Source of the DNA: Alphaproteobacteria bacterium
GTDB lineage: Bacteria > Pseudomonadota > Alphaproteobacteria > Rs-D84
DNA: 64,000 bases
Assembly (NCBI GenBank): GCA_031549365.1
Contig: JAVBPX010000005.1
Location: 17,660-81,659, forward strand
Direction of reading: 5' to 3'
Of this stretch, positions 28,607-38,580 are shown in pieces. Position numbers and translations under genes: made by a program. The notes under the pieces are model-generated. The model saw nothing but the letters and a program-made list of their open reading frames with translations. It was not told the DNA's origin and did no database searches. How positions within the stretch are numbered: the stretch's first letter is position 1; each line of letters starts with the position of its first letter.

Positions 28607-29764
28607 ATGAAAAGATATGATATAATTATTATTGGTGGCGGAGCGGCAGGAATTATGTGCGCCATTTCCGCATTATCTAGTAAAAAATCGATTTTAATCG
28701 TTGATATGGGGCCCAAATTATTGCGGCGAGTTTTAATTTCTGGGGGCGGACGTTGTAATTTTACAAACATTCATGCCATATACAAAAATTATCATGGAAA
28801 TGATCCAAAATTTGCAATTGACGCATTGTCTGAATTTGGACCAAATGATATTTTAAATTATGTAAAAAAACATAAAATTGAATGGTATGAAAAAACAGAC
28901 GGGCAGTTATTTTGTAAAAACACTTCGGCCGATTTGGTAAATGCATTATTAAGCGATGCACGAGGCGCTGATATTTTATTAAATACATCTGTTTCCGCTG
29001 TTCATAAACGCAATGATATTTTTTCAATATACGATAACAAGCAAAAATTAATTGCGACTTCAAATAAACTGGTTATTGCAACAGGCGGATTGGCATATCC
29101 ACAAATAATGGTTTCCAGCCTTTCGGCCAGCGTTTCAAAAACATTTAAACATACTATTATTCCTTTGAAACCTGCATTAACTGGACTCAAAACCCGGGTT
29201 TTTTCATCATTGTCTGGGATTTCAGTGAATGTTGATTTAAATGTTAATAATAAAAAATTAAACGGATATTTATTGTTTACACATAATGGAATTTCTGGAC
29301 CTGTTGTATTTAATTCTTCGCTATTATTTCCATTTGAAAAATATGAAATAAATTTTTTACCAAAATGTAATTTATTTGATGAATTAATTAAATTAAAAAA
29401 GAATAAATCAAAAAAAACAATTTCTGGTTTTTTATCAACAAAAATGCCCTCGCGATTGTCCAAATTTTTAACAGAAAAAACAAGCAACAATGCTATTGAA
29501 AAAATATCAGATGAAGAATTAAAAAAAATATCAAATAATGTTCAAAAATATCTTTTGGAAAAACTGGAATTAAATTCATATGAACGGGCCGAAGTTATGT
29601 CTGGTGGGATATCAACAAATGAAATTAATCCGAAAACAATGGAATCAAAAAAAATATCTGGATTATATTTTATTGGTGAATGCTTGGATATCGCTGGGGA
29701 TTTGGGTGGGTTTAATTTAACATGGGCATTTTCTTCGGGAAATGTTTGTGGAAAAAACATTTGA
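28607..29764 (+). CDS. FAD-dependent oxidoreductase, HI0933/BaiN (aminoacetone oxidase) family
   Basis: YDIIIIGGGAAGIMCA... GGGRCNFTN... Confidence 0.75.
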   Translation: MKRYDIIIIGGGAAGIMCAISALSSKKSILIVDMGPKLLRRVLISGGGRCNFTNIHAIYKNYHGNDPKFAIDALSEFGPNDILNYVKKHKIEWYEKTDGQLFCKNTSADLVNALLSDARGADILLNTSVSAVHKRNDIFSIYDNKQKLIATSNKLVIATGGLAYPQIMVSSLSASVSKTFKHTIIPLKPALTGLKTRVFSSLSGISVNVDLNVNNKKLNGYLLFTHNGISGPVVFNSSLLFPFEKYEINFLPKCNLFDELIKLKKNKSKKTISGFLSTKMPSRLSKFLTEKTSNNAIEKISDEELKKISNNVQKYLLEKLELNSYERAEVMSGGISTNEINPKTMESKKISGLYFIGECLDIAGDLGGFNLTWAFSSGNVCGKNI

Positions 29765-29801
29765 TGTTTGTTATTATTTTGCTGTTAAAAAAGGAAATAC
29801 C

Positions 29802-30539
29802 ATGAAAAAAATGGAAAAACATATTGTAAACCGCACTGTGCGCGCCTACCAAGTTGATAGGCACGGTCTGTTACGGCCTGTAATTTTAATGAATTTGTTA
29901 CAAGATATGGCGGATATTCATGCGGAAAAGATTGGTGTGGGATATACTTTTTGCCGTGAAAAAAATCTGGCGTGGGTTGTAACACACTATGCTATTGAAA
30001 TTGAGCGCATGCCTCGCGTTAATCAAGTTTTAACCCTTGCAACATGGCCATCCGGCCAGGATGCATTAAGGGCAACGCGTGATTTTGAAGTATTTGATGA
30101 CCACGGAAATGTTTGCTTTCGCGCAACAAGTCAATGGATATTAATCGATCTTGAATCTCGTCGTCCATTAATATTAGCACGAAATATCCCTGAATTCCCA
30201 GTATTGGAAGAGAGATCATTGGACATTAAATTTGAATCGTTTCCTGAATTTGAAACACAAAAAACCCAAGAATTCGAACCACGATTTGACGACATTGATG
30301 TAAATCAGCATGTAAACAACGCAATATACACCGTGTGGGCCACTGAATCCCTGGGTTTTGACTTTCGCAATGCTCACTCATTAAAATCTATTTCCATTCA
30401 GTTCAAAAAGGAAATTCCTGATTCAGTTCGCAAAATTAGCGTAGAATCCCGATTAAACAACAAAACATCAATGCATCGATTAATGTCTTTGGATGGATTA
30501 TTTCATGCCGGGATTAAATGCGAATGGACTGATGCGTAA
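29802..30539 (+). CDS. acyl-ACP thioesterase family protein
   Basis: Hotdog-fold pair; YQVDRHGLLRPVILMNLLQDMADIHAEKIG...VTHYAIEIERMP; AAGGA RBS before the ATG at 29802. Confidence 0.6.
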   Translation: MKKMEKHIVNRTVRAYQVDRHGLLRPVILMNLLQDMADIHAEKIGVGYTFCREKNLAWVVTHYAIEIERMPRVNQVLTLATWPSGQDALRATRDFEVFDDHGNVCFRATSQWILIDLESRRPLILARNIPEFPVLEERSLDIKFESFPEFETQKTQEFEPRFDDIDVNQHVNNAIYTVWATESLGFDFRNAHSLKSISIQFKKEIPDSVRKISVESRLNNKTSMHRLMSLDGLFHAGIKCEWTDA

Positions 30540-30581
30540 AACAAACTTGACTTTTGATTTCATTGTTGTAAAATTACGGCA

Positions 30582-31670
30582 ATGAAATCAGGGTCAAAAA
30601 ATATGACAAAATCTTTTTTTTATTTTACTCCATTTTTTATCGATGCATTACAAATTCCAAGCCATGGATATACGACACATTATGATACGGACGTTTCAGA
30701 CTTGCGTCTGTACGTAACATCGCGAGGCGCAAAAACTTTTTTTGTCAGAAAACGCATTAACGGTCGCGACCAAAGAATAATTCTTGGATCGTATCCGGAC
30801 ACTTCGATTGATGCTGCTAGGGAATACGCAATACAAAAGATGGCTGCACTTAAAAAAAAGCCAACCACCAAAAAGAAACATTCGATAAATCAAATTTCTT
30901 TGCGCGAATTCGTCCCAATTTATATTCGCAAAAAGATCCGGCGCAGGCCTGAATCCCGTGCGAAATTGGTTAAAACAATCAATCGGTTATGGGAATCATT
31001 GTTCCCATTTAATTTAAACGATATTACCGACGAACATGTGTTAACACTCCATCGATATTTGGAAAAGCATCACGGGCCATCCATTGCCAACCGAATGTTA
31101 GAAATCATGCGCGGATTGTACAGATATGCAAATTTGAACAATTACGCAGATCATAATCCTGCCATATCCGTATCGAAATTTATCGAGGTTCGCCGCCAAC
31201 GCAGGTTAAACTCATCCGAAATTCAAACATTGGTTCGAGCCATTAAATCCGAAAAAAACTCAACATTTCGGGCAGCATTATTGATGATGATTTATACAGG
31301 GGAAAAGAAATCTCGTGTTTTTTCAATGCGTTGGTCCGATTTGGACTTTAACCAAAGTTTATGGGAAACATCTGCTGGACCACGCGCATTGGGTGATTTG
31401 GCTGTGGTTTTGCTGGAAAAATTACCACAACGATCCGCATGGGTGTTCCCAAACAAAAAATCATCGTCTGGGCATATCGTTGACCCCAAGCGTCCCTGGA
31501 AACGCATTTTAAAAAATACAAATATAAACAATGTTCAATTGGATGATATCAATAAAACTTTAAAACAAATTTTTGATAAAGCAATGCGTTCTTTGGAAAC
31601 CCAATATCCAACACTGGAAGACGAACGCCGCATAATTAATCAAACACTATCAAAATTAAAGATTTCATAA
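30582..31670 (+). CDS. P4-type tyrosine integrase family protein with eroded catalytic motifs (probably inactive)
   Basis: N-terminal arm-binding domain (DLRLYVTSRGAKTFFVRKRINGRDQRIILGSYPDTSIDAAREYA); box I has K for the catalytic R (YTGEKKSRVFSMRWSDLDF); no HxLRH / LGH...Y box II recognisable. Confidence 0.55.
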   Translation: MKSGSKNMTKSFFYFTPFFIDALQIPSHGYTTHYDTDVSDLRLYVTSRGAKTFFVRKRINGRDQRIILGSYPDTSIDAAREYAIQKMAALKKKPTTKKKHSINQISLREFVPIYIRKKIRRRPESRAKLVKTINRLWESLFPFNLNDITDEHVLTLHRYLEKHHGPSIANRMLEIMRGLYRYANLNNYADHNPAISVSKFIEVRRQRRLNSSEIQTLVRAIKSEKNSTFRAALLMMIYTGEKKSRVFSMRWSDLDFNQSLWETSAGPRALGDLAVVLLEKLPQRSAWVFPNKKSSSGHIVDPKRPWKRILKNTNINNVQLDDINKTLKQIFDKAMRSLETQYPTLEDERRIINQTLSKLKIS

Positions 31671-31672
31671 AA

Positions 31673-32155
31673 ATGCCAAAACATACACCAGAAATGATTC
31701 ATTTTTATGAAAATTATTTAAAATCACATATTGATTTGGTAAACAAATACGCAAAAAAATACGATGAACAATTATCATTTTCAGAGCATGATAAATCAAA
31801 ATTTATGGAACCTGAAAAATCAGCTTATATTTTCTTATTTTGGTACGGATTTCATCCTGAAATTAAATGGGACTCGGACGAAAAAGCAAAATATTTAAAA
31901 TATCAAATAAATCACTATAAAAACAATTCACATCATGTCGGATTTTATGATGATATAACCAAAATGCCGGAAATTGCAATAATTGAAATGTGTTGTGATT
32001 GGTGTGCTGTGGCAGAATATAAAAACAAAAATTGCGGCCCAGAATACCAAAATCCATATGATTTTTTAAATAAATTTATTGTTAAAAAAATTCCATTTAC
32101 GGATGAACAAATTAATATAATTCACCGAGTTTTAAATAAAATTTGGACTGATTAA
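31673..32155 (+). CDS. hypothetical protein (160 aa)
   Basis: No signal peptide; W/Y/H-rich; immediately follows the integrase-like gene. Confidence 0.4.
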   Translation: MPKHTPEMIHFYENYLKSHIDLVNKYAKKYDEQLSFSEHDKSKFMEPEKSAYIFLFWYGFHPEIKWDSDEKAKYLKYQINHYKNNSHHVGFYDDITKMPEIAIIEMCCDWCAVAEYKNKNCGPEYQNPYDFLNKFIVKKIPFTDEQINIIHRVLNKIWTD

Positions 32156-32210
32156 ACACAATCAAAAACTGGATTATCAGTAACCCAGTTTTTGATTGTT
32201 GTATTGTTTA

Positions 32211-32522
32211 TTAATAACCAGATACGACTGTACAACTTTTCGCATAAATACTTAAAATACTTTCGTTTTCAAGATTTACTGACGAAATGGTTTTAATATT
32301 CCCGTTTTTCTGGGCTGCTGTAATTGATGCATCGCCTCGTGTAATCCACCCTAAAAAGCTTTCCGCGCATGCACGTCCCGTTTTTGATCCGGCACTGTTG
32401 GATGTTGCCATTACTGGCGCAATTGTTTCTGTGTATAAAATTCCAGGGCCAACAGGCTGATAAGTTCCCGCCATACATCCAGACAGAACAACGACCGAAC
32501 CCATTACTATTAATTTTTTCAT
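32211..32522 (-). CDS. TRL-like family lipoprotein
   Basis: MKKLIVMGSVVVLSGC lipobox; ...TSNSAGSKTGRACAESFLGWITRGDASITAAQKNGNIKTISSVN... matches the TRL domain pattern. Confidence 0.55.
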   Translation of the reverse strand: MKKLIVMGSVVVLSGCMAGTYQPVGPGILYTETIAPVMATSNSAGSKTGRACAESFLGWITRGDASITAAQKNGNIKTISSVNLENESILSIYAKSCTVVSGY

Positions 32523-32611
32523 TTAAACTCCTTTTGATTTCTATATATACATAGAATAACACCCTCGATAATGATTAATCAAGGGTGTTTTACAATGCAA
32601 TCAAAAACTGA

Positions 32612-33511
32612 TCAGATCGCTTGGATAAATATTTTATGCTTGTTGGCAGTATCAATAACTTCATCCATATCAATCATAAAACAATATTTTGCATCTAAAA
32701 CAATGCCGCGGATATTTGCGCCAACAATGGTTTTCATTGTTCCCATACCAAAAGCTGGCAAATCAACACGCAAATCTTGTTGCGGCTTTTTTAATTTCGC
32801 AAATACACCTGAACGATTTTTTGATTTAATCATGGCTCCACAGCGATTGATTAATGCATCTGTACCATCAGCCCCCTCTAAACCCAACACCAACCTATCT
32901 ACAACAACTGCTTGACCTATATCGGCACGGCCAATTAAATGAGAAGCTTCAACAGCACGATTAATGTTTTTCCAATCTTGTTTGTTTGGTTTGGTTTTTG
33001 TGACTGTTCCTTTTTGCAATACCAAATCCGGACACAATTCATGAGCGCCAACAACTTTAAATCCTTTCTTTTCAATTTCGCGCAATAAAGCATCAAACAA
33101 TGTACTGTATCCGCGATCGCTCATCATTACTTTGGCCACAATTTTCATAGACCACCAATCAGGGCGAATATCTGAAAAATTTGGGTGCCCTATTGCTCCT
33201 ACCATTGTCATTTTTGTAATACCGCGTTTTTTCATTTCACGTGTTGCGGTCCCGCCTTCCCCTAAACGAATTGTTATATCTGGTTTTAATTTTGGATCTA
33301 CGAAATTTTTTAACCCAACAACAAATACTTCGTACCCAGATTTAATCAAACTTTCTTTGACATAAAAAGGAAGTTTATAAGCCCCCGCAATCAAGGCTAT
33401 TTTTTTATCATTATTTTTTATGACCACTTTATCAATTTTTTTGATTGCTGTTTTTTTTGTTACTTTTTTTATAGTCTTCTTGGGACCCCTTTCATCTTTC
33501 ATCGTTGACAC
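32612..33511 (-). CDS. lpxI: UDP-2,3-diacylglucosamine pyrophosphatase LpxI (DUF1009)
   Basis: LGLEGADGTDALINRCG ... AFGMGTMKTIVGANIRGIVLDAKY; Lys-rich N-terminal extension; GTG start. Confidence 0.6.
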   Translation of the reverse strand: MSTMKDERGPKKTIKKVTKKTAIKKIDKVVIKNNDKKIALIAGAYKLPFYVKESLIKSGYEVFVVGLKNFVDPKLKPDITIRLGEGGTATREMKKRGITKMTMVGAIGHPNFSDIRPDWWSMKIVAKVMMSDRGYSTLFDALLREIEKKGFKVVGAHELCPDLVLQKGTVTKTKPNKQDWKNINRAVEASHLIGRADIGQAVVVDRLVLGLEGADGTDALINRCGAMIKSKNRSGVFAKLKKPQQDLRVDLPAFGMGTMKTIVGANIRGIVLDAKYCFMIDMDEVIDTANKHKIFIQAI

Positions 33512-33928
33512 TCCTTTTGCTCAACAAGTATCATTTTAATTATTTTTATCCCATATGCAAATATTTTATTAAAAACTGACTTGAAATTGGCCATTTTACA
33601 CCAATAACGTCCCAAAAATAGGCCTTTTTCTAATTATACTCTTTTCAATAAAATTTACCCAAAAACTTGTAAATAATCACAATATCAACTCTATTTTTTG
33701 GGAAATATAAATATAAGAAATTCTCGGATTAAACCGTTTTTCAATACATAAAACCGAATGAAACACTGCGTTTATTAACATGCGTGTTACTTACAAATAC
33801 ACTAATGCTTTATTTACCAGACAGCATGATTACATCTTACTTTTTTTAAACTAAATAAATATTGGTATATTAAGTACTGCATCAGTGATAAATTTAAAAT
33901 CTTTTATAGTTTTTTAAATTTAAACTAC

Positions 33929-33954
33929 AAAACCCGCCGAACTCGGCGGGTTTT
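33929..33954. terminator. bidirectional terminator hairpin
   Basis: aaaacccgccgaactcggcgggtttt. Confidence 0.7.
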
Positions 33955-33956
33955 AT

Positions 33957-34033
<77 letters not shown>

Positions 34034-34176
34034 TTAAACTTTGTGTGGTCATACTACGCCCATTAACATTGATTGTCAAGAAAAAACCACGGATATTAAT
34101 ATTTATCTGAATGTCCACACATTAAATCTGGGAGATTGACCCATTTTCTGCGAGATACAACAGAGAAAATTTAATC

Positions 34177-34203
34177 AAAAACCCGGCAATTGCCGGGTTT
34201 TTT
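34177..34203. terminator. bidirectional terminator
   Basis: aaaaacccggcaattgccgggtttttt. Confidence 0.7.
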
Positions 34204-34218
34204 AATTGATTTTATGAA

Positions 34219-35211
34219 TTAAAATTCAAATCGTACACCCACATATGCTGTCCCATAAAAATTGTTATGGGATGATACGATATCGCGTGACGATTCCGCC
34301 ACTGTTTCATCAATTGATGCTGCTTTTTCATTATTTACAGCCCATTGAATTTTATCAATATACGCAACCTTTAACCCAACGTCAAAGAATTGACCAACGC
34401 CAAATCCATACGATGCGCCCAAGGATCCGGCCAATGCCACAGTTTGGGTTTTTGTGTCGGATTTATAAAAATGAACAACCTTGTCTGCACCAACAGGCGG
34501 GCCATACGATTGCATATTGGCGTCTTCGGATAAATTACCATAAATATCATTTAACTGCATGGTTGTTGTAATATCGGCATACCCAAACCCCAAACCAACG
34601 TATGGAATGAACGTATTTAATGGTTTTGTAACACCTCGGAAAAAATCGCGATAAAACATCAACATATACATATCGGTTTGAACAGTGGATGACATACTGC
34701 CCGATTTAATTGTGAACACACCAGAATCTGAATCGGAACCAACTGTATAATTCCATGGCTCTTGGTCCCTGAATAATGTTGGTGCATCGGCACTGAATTT
34801 TGCATAATGGTCCCATGAGCCCTCGACCCTCCATTGGGTGGCGTTTGGCAAAACAAATCCCAAGCCAATTGACGCAAACATTGTTACGTTTGATAATTTT
34901 TCAACCGCGTCCAAAGCGCCCATGTCATAAAATCCGATTACCACCGAATTTCCGGCGCCTGCAGTACTTGGCGCTGAAATTGGTGTCCAAAATGCACCCT
35001 CTAGCCCATCGCCAGTACCCGTAAAATATTCAACTGTCAACGAACCCATATCGTTTTCCATCTTGGCCGCTTGGATATAAGTGGCACCGCCCTTGGCCGT
35101 AACGTAAAAACGGGCCCCGTTGTCGCGATCCGTAACAGACGACCAATTTGCATTGGCTGCAACCGTTGTAAACGCCAACATGACAAACGCACTGGTTAAA
35201 ATTTTTTGCAT
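34219..35211 (-). CDS. outer-membrane beta-barrel protein (porin-like)
   Basis: Signal peptide MQKILTSAFVMLAFTTVAANA; C-terminal ...YVGVRFEF. Confidence 0.6.
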   Translation of the reverse strand: MQKILTSAFVMLAFTTVAANANWSSVTDRDNGARFYVTAKGGATYIQAAKMENDMGSLTVEYFTGTGDGLEGAFWTPISAPSTAGAGNSVVIGFYDMGALDAVEKLSNVTMFASIGLGFVLPNATQWRVEGSWDHYAKFSADAPTLFRDQEPWNYTVGSDSDSGVFTIKSGSMSSTVQTDMYMLMFYRDFFRGVTKPLNTFIPYVGLGFGYADITTTMQLNDIYGNLSEDANMQSYGPPVGADKVVHFYKSDTKTQTVALAGSLGASYGFGVGQFFDVGLKVAYIDKIQWAVNNEKAASIDETVAESSRDIVSSHNNFYGTAYVGVRFEF

Positions 35212-35324
35212 ATTCTTTCTCCGACTATTTTTATATACGCCCTTATTATACGGCATTTGCACAAAAAAGAAAAGTATAAAATCGCTTGAATGGTGGTGAT
35301 ATACGTGTTAATGTCTTTGGTGTG

Positions 35325-35876
35325 ATGAGCGTGAATATAACCTGCCCTTTTTGCCAAACAACATACCGATTGGATCAACCAGAATCCCGTCGCTCTGTGC
35401 AGTGCAGCGTTTGCGGACATGTTTGGGATTCAAAAATAAAACCAAAATCCCGGTTTAACATATCAATTCGTGGAATTTTAATCGTTTTATCGATTGTTTT
35501 TTCTATATCAATGACTGGATTTTTAATTATTAACCCCGAACCTATTAAAAATTTGATTGAATCGGTTGCAAACAATGACGACACTCCATTAAAAATTGGA
35601 TTAAATCCATTGCAAACATCAATGGACGAAAATGATCAGATTAAATGGTTAATAACCGGATCAATTAAAAACCCAACTGATAAAATGTTCAGCGTGCCGG
35701 GGGTTAACATCATTTTACATGCCCGCGATGGTCAAATATTGGATGTGTTTTCGTTCTATCCGCCCGCACCAATATTGGATTCGGGTGCTGAAATTGAATT
35801 TTCATATACTATCACCCCCATGACTGACATGGCGCATCATATTTCGGTCATATTTAAATCAGGAGAGAACAAATGA
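35325..35876 (+). CDS. MJ0042-type zinc-ribbon / DUF3426 membrane protein
   Basis: ITCPFCQTTYRL...VQCSVCGHVW zinc ribbon, one TM helix, C-terminal DUF3426-like region. Confidence 0.55.
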   Translation: MSVNITCPFCQTTYRLDQPESRRSVQCSVCGHVWDSKIKPKSRFNISIRGILIVLSIVFSISMTGFLIINPEPIKNLIESVANNDDTPLKIGLNPLQTSMDENDQIKWLITGSIKNPTDKMFSVPGVNIILHARDGQILDVFSFYPPAPILDSGAEIEFSYTITPMTDMAHHISVIFKSGENK

Positions 35877-36322
35877 AAAAAATAAAACAATCTATTATCG
35901 GCGCCACACTGGCTGTTTTATGCGCATTTTCTGCAAATGCCGCGACCCAGGGAACTTCGGATGACTGGGAACGAATTGCCGGGAAAAAGTTTGCAGAATA
36001 TCAATTAATTTTGTCATTGGATTACAATGTTCCAGATGGAATTGGCATTTATATGTTGGATTCATTCCCATGCGTTGGTCAAGTTAATAGAACACGAGTA
36101 TTTTTGGAAAACCAACGCGATTATCCATTATTCATCAGCTGTTTATTTCCTCCAAAAACAATTACACTGGGGTACAGGATGAGCAAAAATGTCCAAAAGA
36201 AAAACGAAGGCCTGGCCGAAGGAATAATGGTATGCACCCCGCAAATAAACGACAAAGATCGTGTAGACGACAGGTATTATATATATCTGTCAAAATGCGC
36301 GACAACCCCTATTGGTTATTAA
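35873..36322 (+). CDS. secreted hypothetical protein
   Basis: Signal peptide MKKIKQSIIGATLAVLCAFSANA; AGGAG RBS; start overlaps the previous stop. Confidence 0.45.
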   Translation: MKKIKQSIIGATLAVLCAFSANAATQGTSDDWERIAGKKFAEYQLILSLDYNVPDGIGIYMLDSFPCVGQVNRTRVFLENQRDYPLFISCLFPPKTITLGYRMSKNVQKKNEGLAEGIMVCTPQINDKDRVDDRYYIYLSKCATTPIGY

Positions 36323-36323
36323 T

Positions 36324-37304
36324 ATGCAAAAACATGAATTTATTATTGATGAAACAAACGTTGGCGTTCGAATGGACCGGGTTTTGGCCGGGTTATTACC
36401 CGATTTATCCCGGACCGAAATTCAAAATTTGGCGCCAATTGGTAATATAAAATTAAATGGAAATGTTGTATCCAGATTGTCTGTTAAATTGGCGTTAAAC
36501 GACAAAATTGAAATTGATGTCCCGATCCAAGCCGCACTGGATTTAGCGGGCCAAGAAATGGATTTAAATATATTATTCGAAGATGATGACATAATCGTTG
36601 TAAATAAACCACGCGGTATGCCCATGTATCCAGGACCGGGACACAAAAAAGACACTTTGGTCCAAGGTTTAATCCATCACACCAACGGTCATTTATCATC
36701 ACTTGGGGGCGAACATCGTCCCGGCATTGTTCATCGTTTGGATATGAATACATCCGGCGTTGTAATTGTTGCAAAAACTGATATTGCGTTTCATAAATTA
36801 TCGGAATTATTTTCAAAACACACGTTGGTCCGTAAATATATTGCATTTTGTTGGAATATTCCAAAACATGATGCCGCTATAATTACTGGGAATATTGGGC
36901 GTCATTTCAAAAATCGTCAAAAAATGAGCATGGTTAAAACTGGCGGCAAAGAGGCCGAAACCCACATAGATTTAATGCACATATGGACCCGCCCAAATGT
37001 ATCACAAATTCATTGCACCTTGAAAACCGGACGCACACATCAAATCCGTGTTCATTTATCGGCGCATGGATATCCCGTCATGATGGACCCGCTGTACGGA
37101 AAAGACAGAAACTTTGTTCACGCATTACAACCATCGTTTTTATTGGATTTTTGTAATGAACATCATGGCCAAATGCTGCATGCGGATACACTGGAAATCG
37201 AACATCCAATTAATGGGAAAACACTGAAATTTCGGGCTCCGTTACCAGATGATATGACCGAGTTACAGACAGCATTGGATGATTACCAAGAAACTTTTGG
37301 CTAA
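36324..37304 (+). CDS. rluD: 23S rRNA pseudouridine synthase, RluD family
   Basis: N-terminal S4 domain; HRLDMNTSGVVIVAKTD catalytic motif. Confidence 0.8.
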   Translation: MQKHEFIIDETNVGVRMDRVLAGLLPDLSRTEIQNLAPIGNIKLNGNVVSRLSVKLALNDKIEIDVPIQAALDLAGQEMDLNILFEDDDIIVVNKPRGMPMYPGPGHKKDTLVQGLIHHTNGHLSSLGGEHRPGIVHRLDMNTSGVVIVAKTDIAFHKLSELFSKHTLVRKYIAFCWNIPKHDAAIITGNIGRHFKNRQKMSMVKTGGKEAETHIDLMHIWTRPNVSQIHCTLKTGRTHQIRVHLSAHGYPVMMDPLYGKDRNFVHALQPSFLLDFCNEHHGQMLHADTLEIEHPINGKTLKFRAPLPDDMTELQTALDDYQETFG

Positions 37305-37377
37305 TATTTTCTCGTCGGTCCGCATTGGACACAACGAATAAAATATTTTTAATAATTTATTTCTTTAAAAAATCAAT

Positions 37378-37405
37378 GTCATTGCGAGGAGTAACGACTC
37401 GGTGG
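37378..37405. repeat. REP-like element related to 8036-8070
   Basis: gtcattgcgaggagtaacgactcggtgg. Confidence 0.45.
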
Positions 37406-37422
37406 TAATTATTACAATTTAA

Positions 37423-38580
37423 TTATGAATTTAAAATTTTATAAATATCTTTGGAGATCATTGTCGATGGTGTTTTATTTGGTTTTGACCAAAAATTATC
37501 CGCCATGTGTAATTCATTAATCATTTTTTCACTAATGCGTTTATTTTTCAATAATTTCAATATACAATTGGTCAAATTACCGGGATTTACATCACTTTGC
37601 ACAATTTCAGGGTATATTGTTTTTTTGGATAAAATATTGACCAATGAAATCCATTTCAAATTAACAAACTGTTTTGCCAACCAAAACGTTAGCCCATTCA
37701 TTCTGTAAACAATTATTGCAGGGATATGCAATATTGCCAATTCAACGGATACTGTACCGGATGCTGCCAATGCAACATCGGTTGCTGCAAATGCATCATA
37801 TCTTTCGTTTGTCCCGCGAATAATTAATGGTTTAATTTTCCAATTTTTAATTTCCGATTCAACCATATCCGCCATTGTTTCAACAACCGGCATAACCGGC
37901 ACCAAATGTGGAATTTTTCGCGATAAATTATCCAACACCACTTTGTAGTCTGATATTAATTTTTCAACTTCTGTTTTGCGCGACCCTGGAATAAAAGTAA
38001 CAACAGTTGCATCATTTGAAATTTTATATTTTTTTAAAAAACGGGTTTTGCTGGCCGTTTTAATTCCGCCCTCGATAATTGGATGACCGACCGACATTGT
38101 CTTTAATCCGTATTTTGTAAAAAACGGAACTTCAAAATCAAAAAAACAATATAATTTATCAAAAATTTCTGCAAACGATTTTGCGCGCGATGGACGCCAT
38201 GCCCAAACCGCAGGCGCAACAACATGAACCGCCGTACCGCAATATCCGGCTTTTTTGGCATTTTTTACCACGCGTTTGGCAAATCCCGGCGCGTCAATTG
38301 TAATTACAATATCTGGATGACATTCAACAATTTTTGATGCAGTTTCGTTAATTCGTGATGTTAATAATTTTGCACGTTTCAAAACTTCTATGAAACCCAT
38401 CACAGCAATATCGCGCATTGGAAAAATGGATTTTAATCCATTTTTAATCATGTTTTCACCACCAACACCGATAAATTCAACATTTTTAAATTCACGTTTA
38501 ATCGCATTAATAATATTTGCCCCCAAAACGTCGCCAGACACTTCGCCCGCCACTATAAAAACACGATATGTTTGTTTCAT
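37423..38580 (-). CDS. lpxB: lipid-A-disaccharide synthase
   Basis: RVFIVAGEVSGDVLGANII... Confidence 0.85.
   Translation of the reverse strand: MKQTYRVFIVAGEVSGDVLGANIINAIKREFKNVEFIGVGGENMIKNGLKSIFPMRDIAVMGFIEVLKRAKLLTSRINETASKIVECHPDIVITIDAPGFAKRVVKNAKKAGYCGTAVHVVAPAVWAWRPSRAKSFAEIFDKLYCFFDFEVPFFTKYGLKTMSVGHPIIEGGIKTASKTRFLKKYKISNDATVVTFIPGSRKTEVEKLISDYKVVLDNLSRKIPHLVPVMPVVETMADMVESEIKNWKIKPLIIRGTNERYDAFAATDVALAASGTVSVELAILHIPAIIVYRMNGLTFWLAKQFVNLKWISLVNILSKKTIYPEIVQSDVNPGNLTNCILKLLKNKRISEKMINELHMADNFWSKPNKTPSTMISKDIYKILNS

Noticed and set aside
29002-29490. 162-aa minus-strand ORF inside the FAD-oxidoreductase gene
   Set aside because: Antisense to a gene with a clear GxGxxG FAD-binding N-terminus; spurious.
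30556-30589. Inverted repeat gatttcattg/caatgaaatc overlapping the integrase start codon as an att site
   Set aside because: It has no tRNA or direct-repeat partner elsewhere in the window. It may equally be the thioesterase terminator or translational control. Mentioned only within the island finding.
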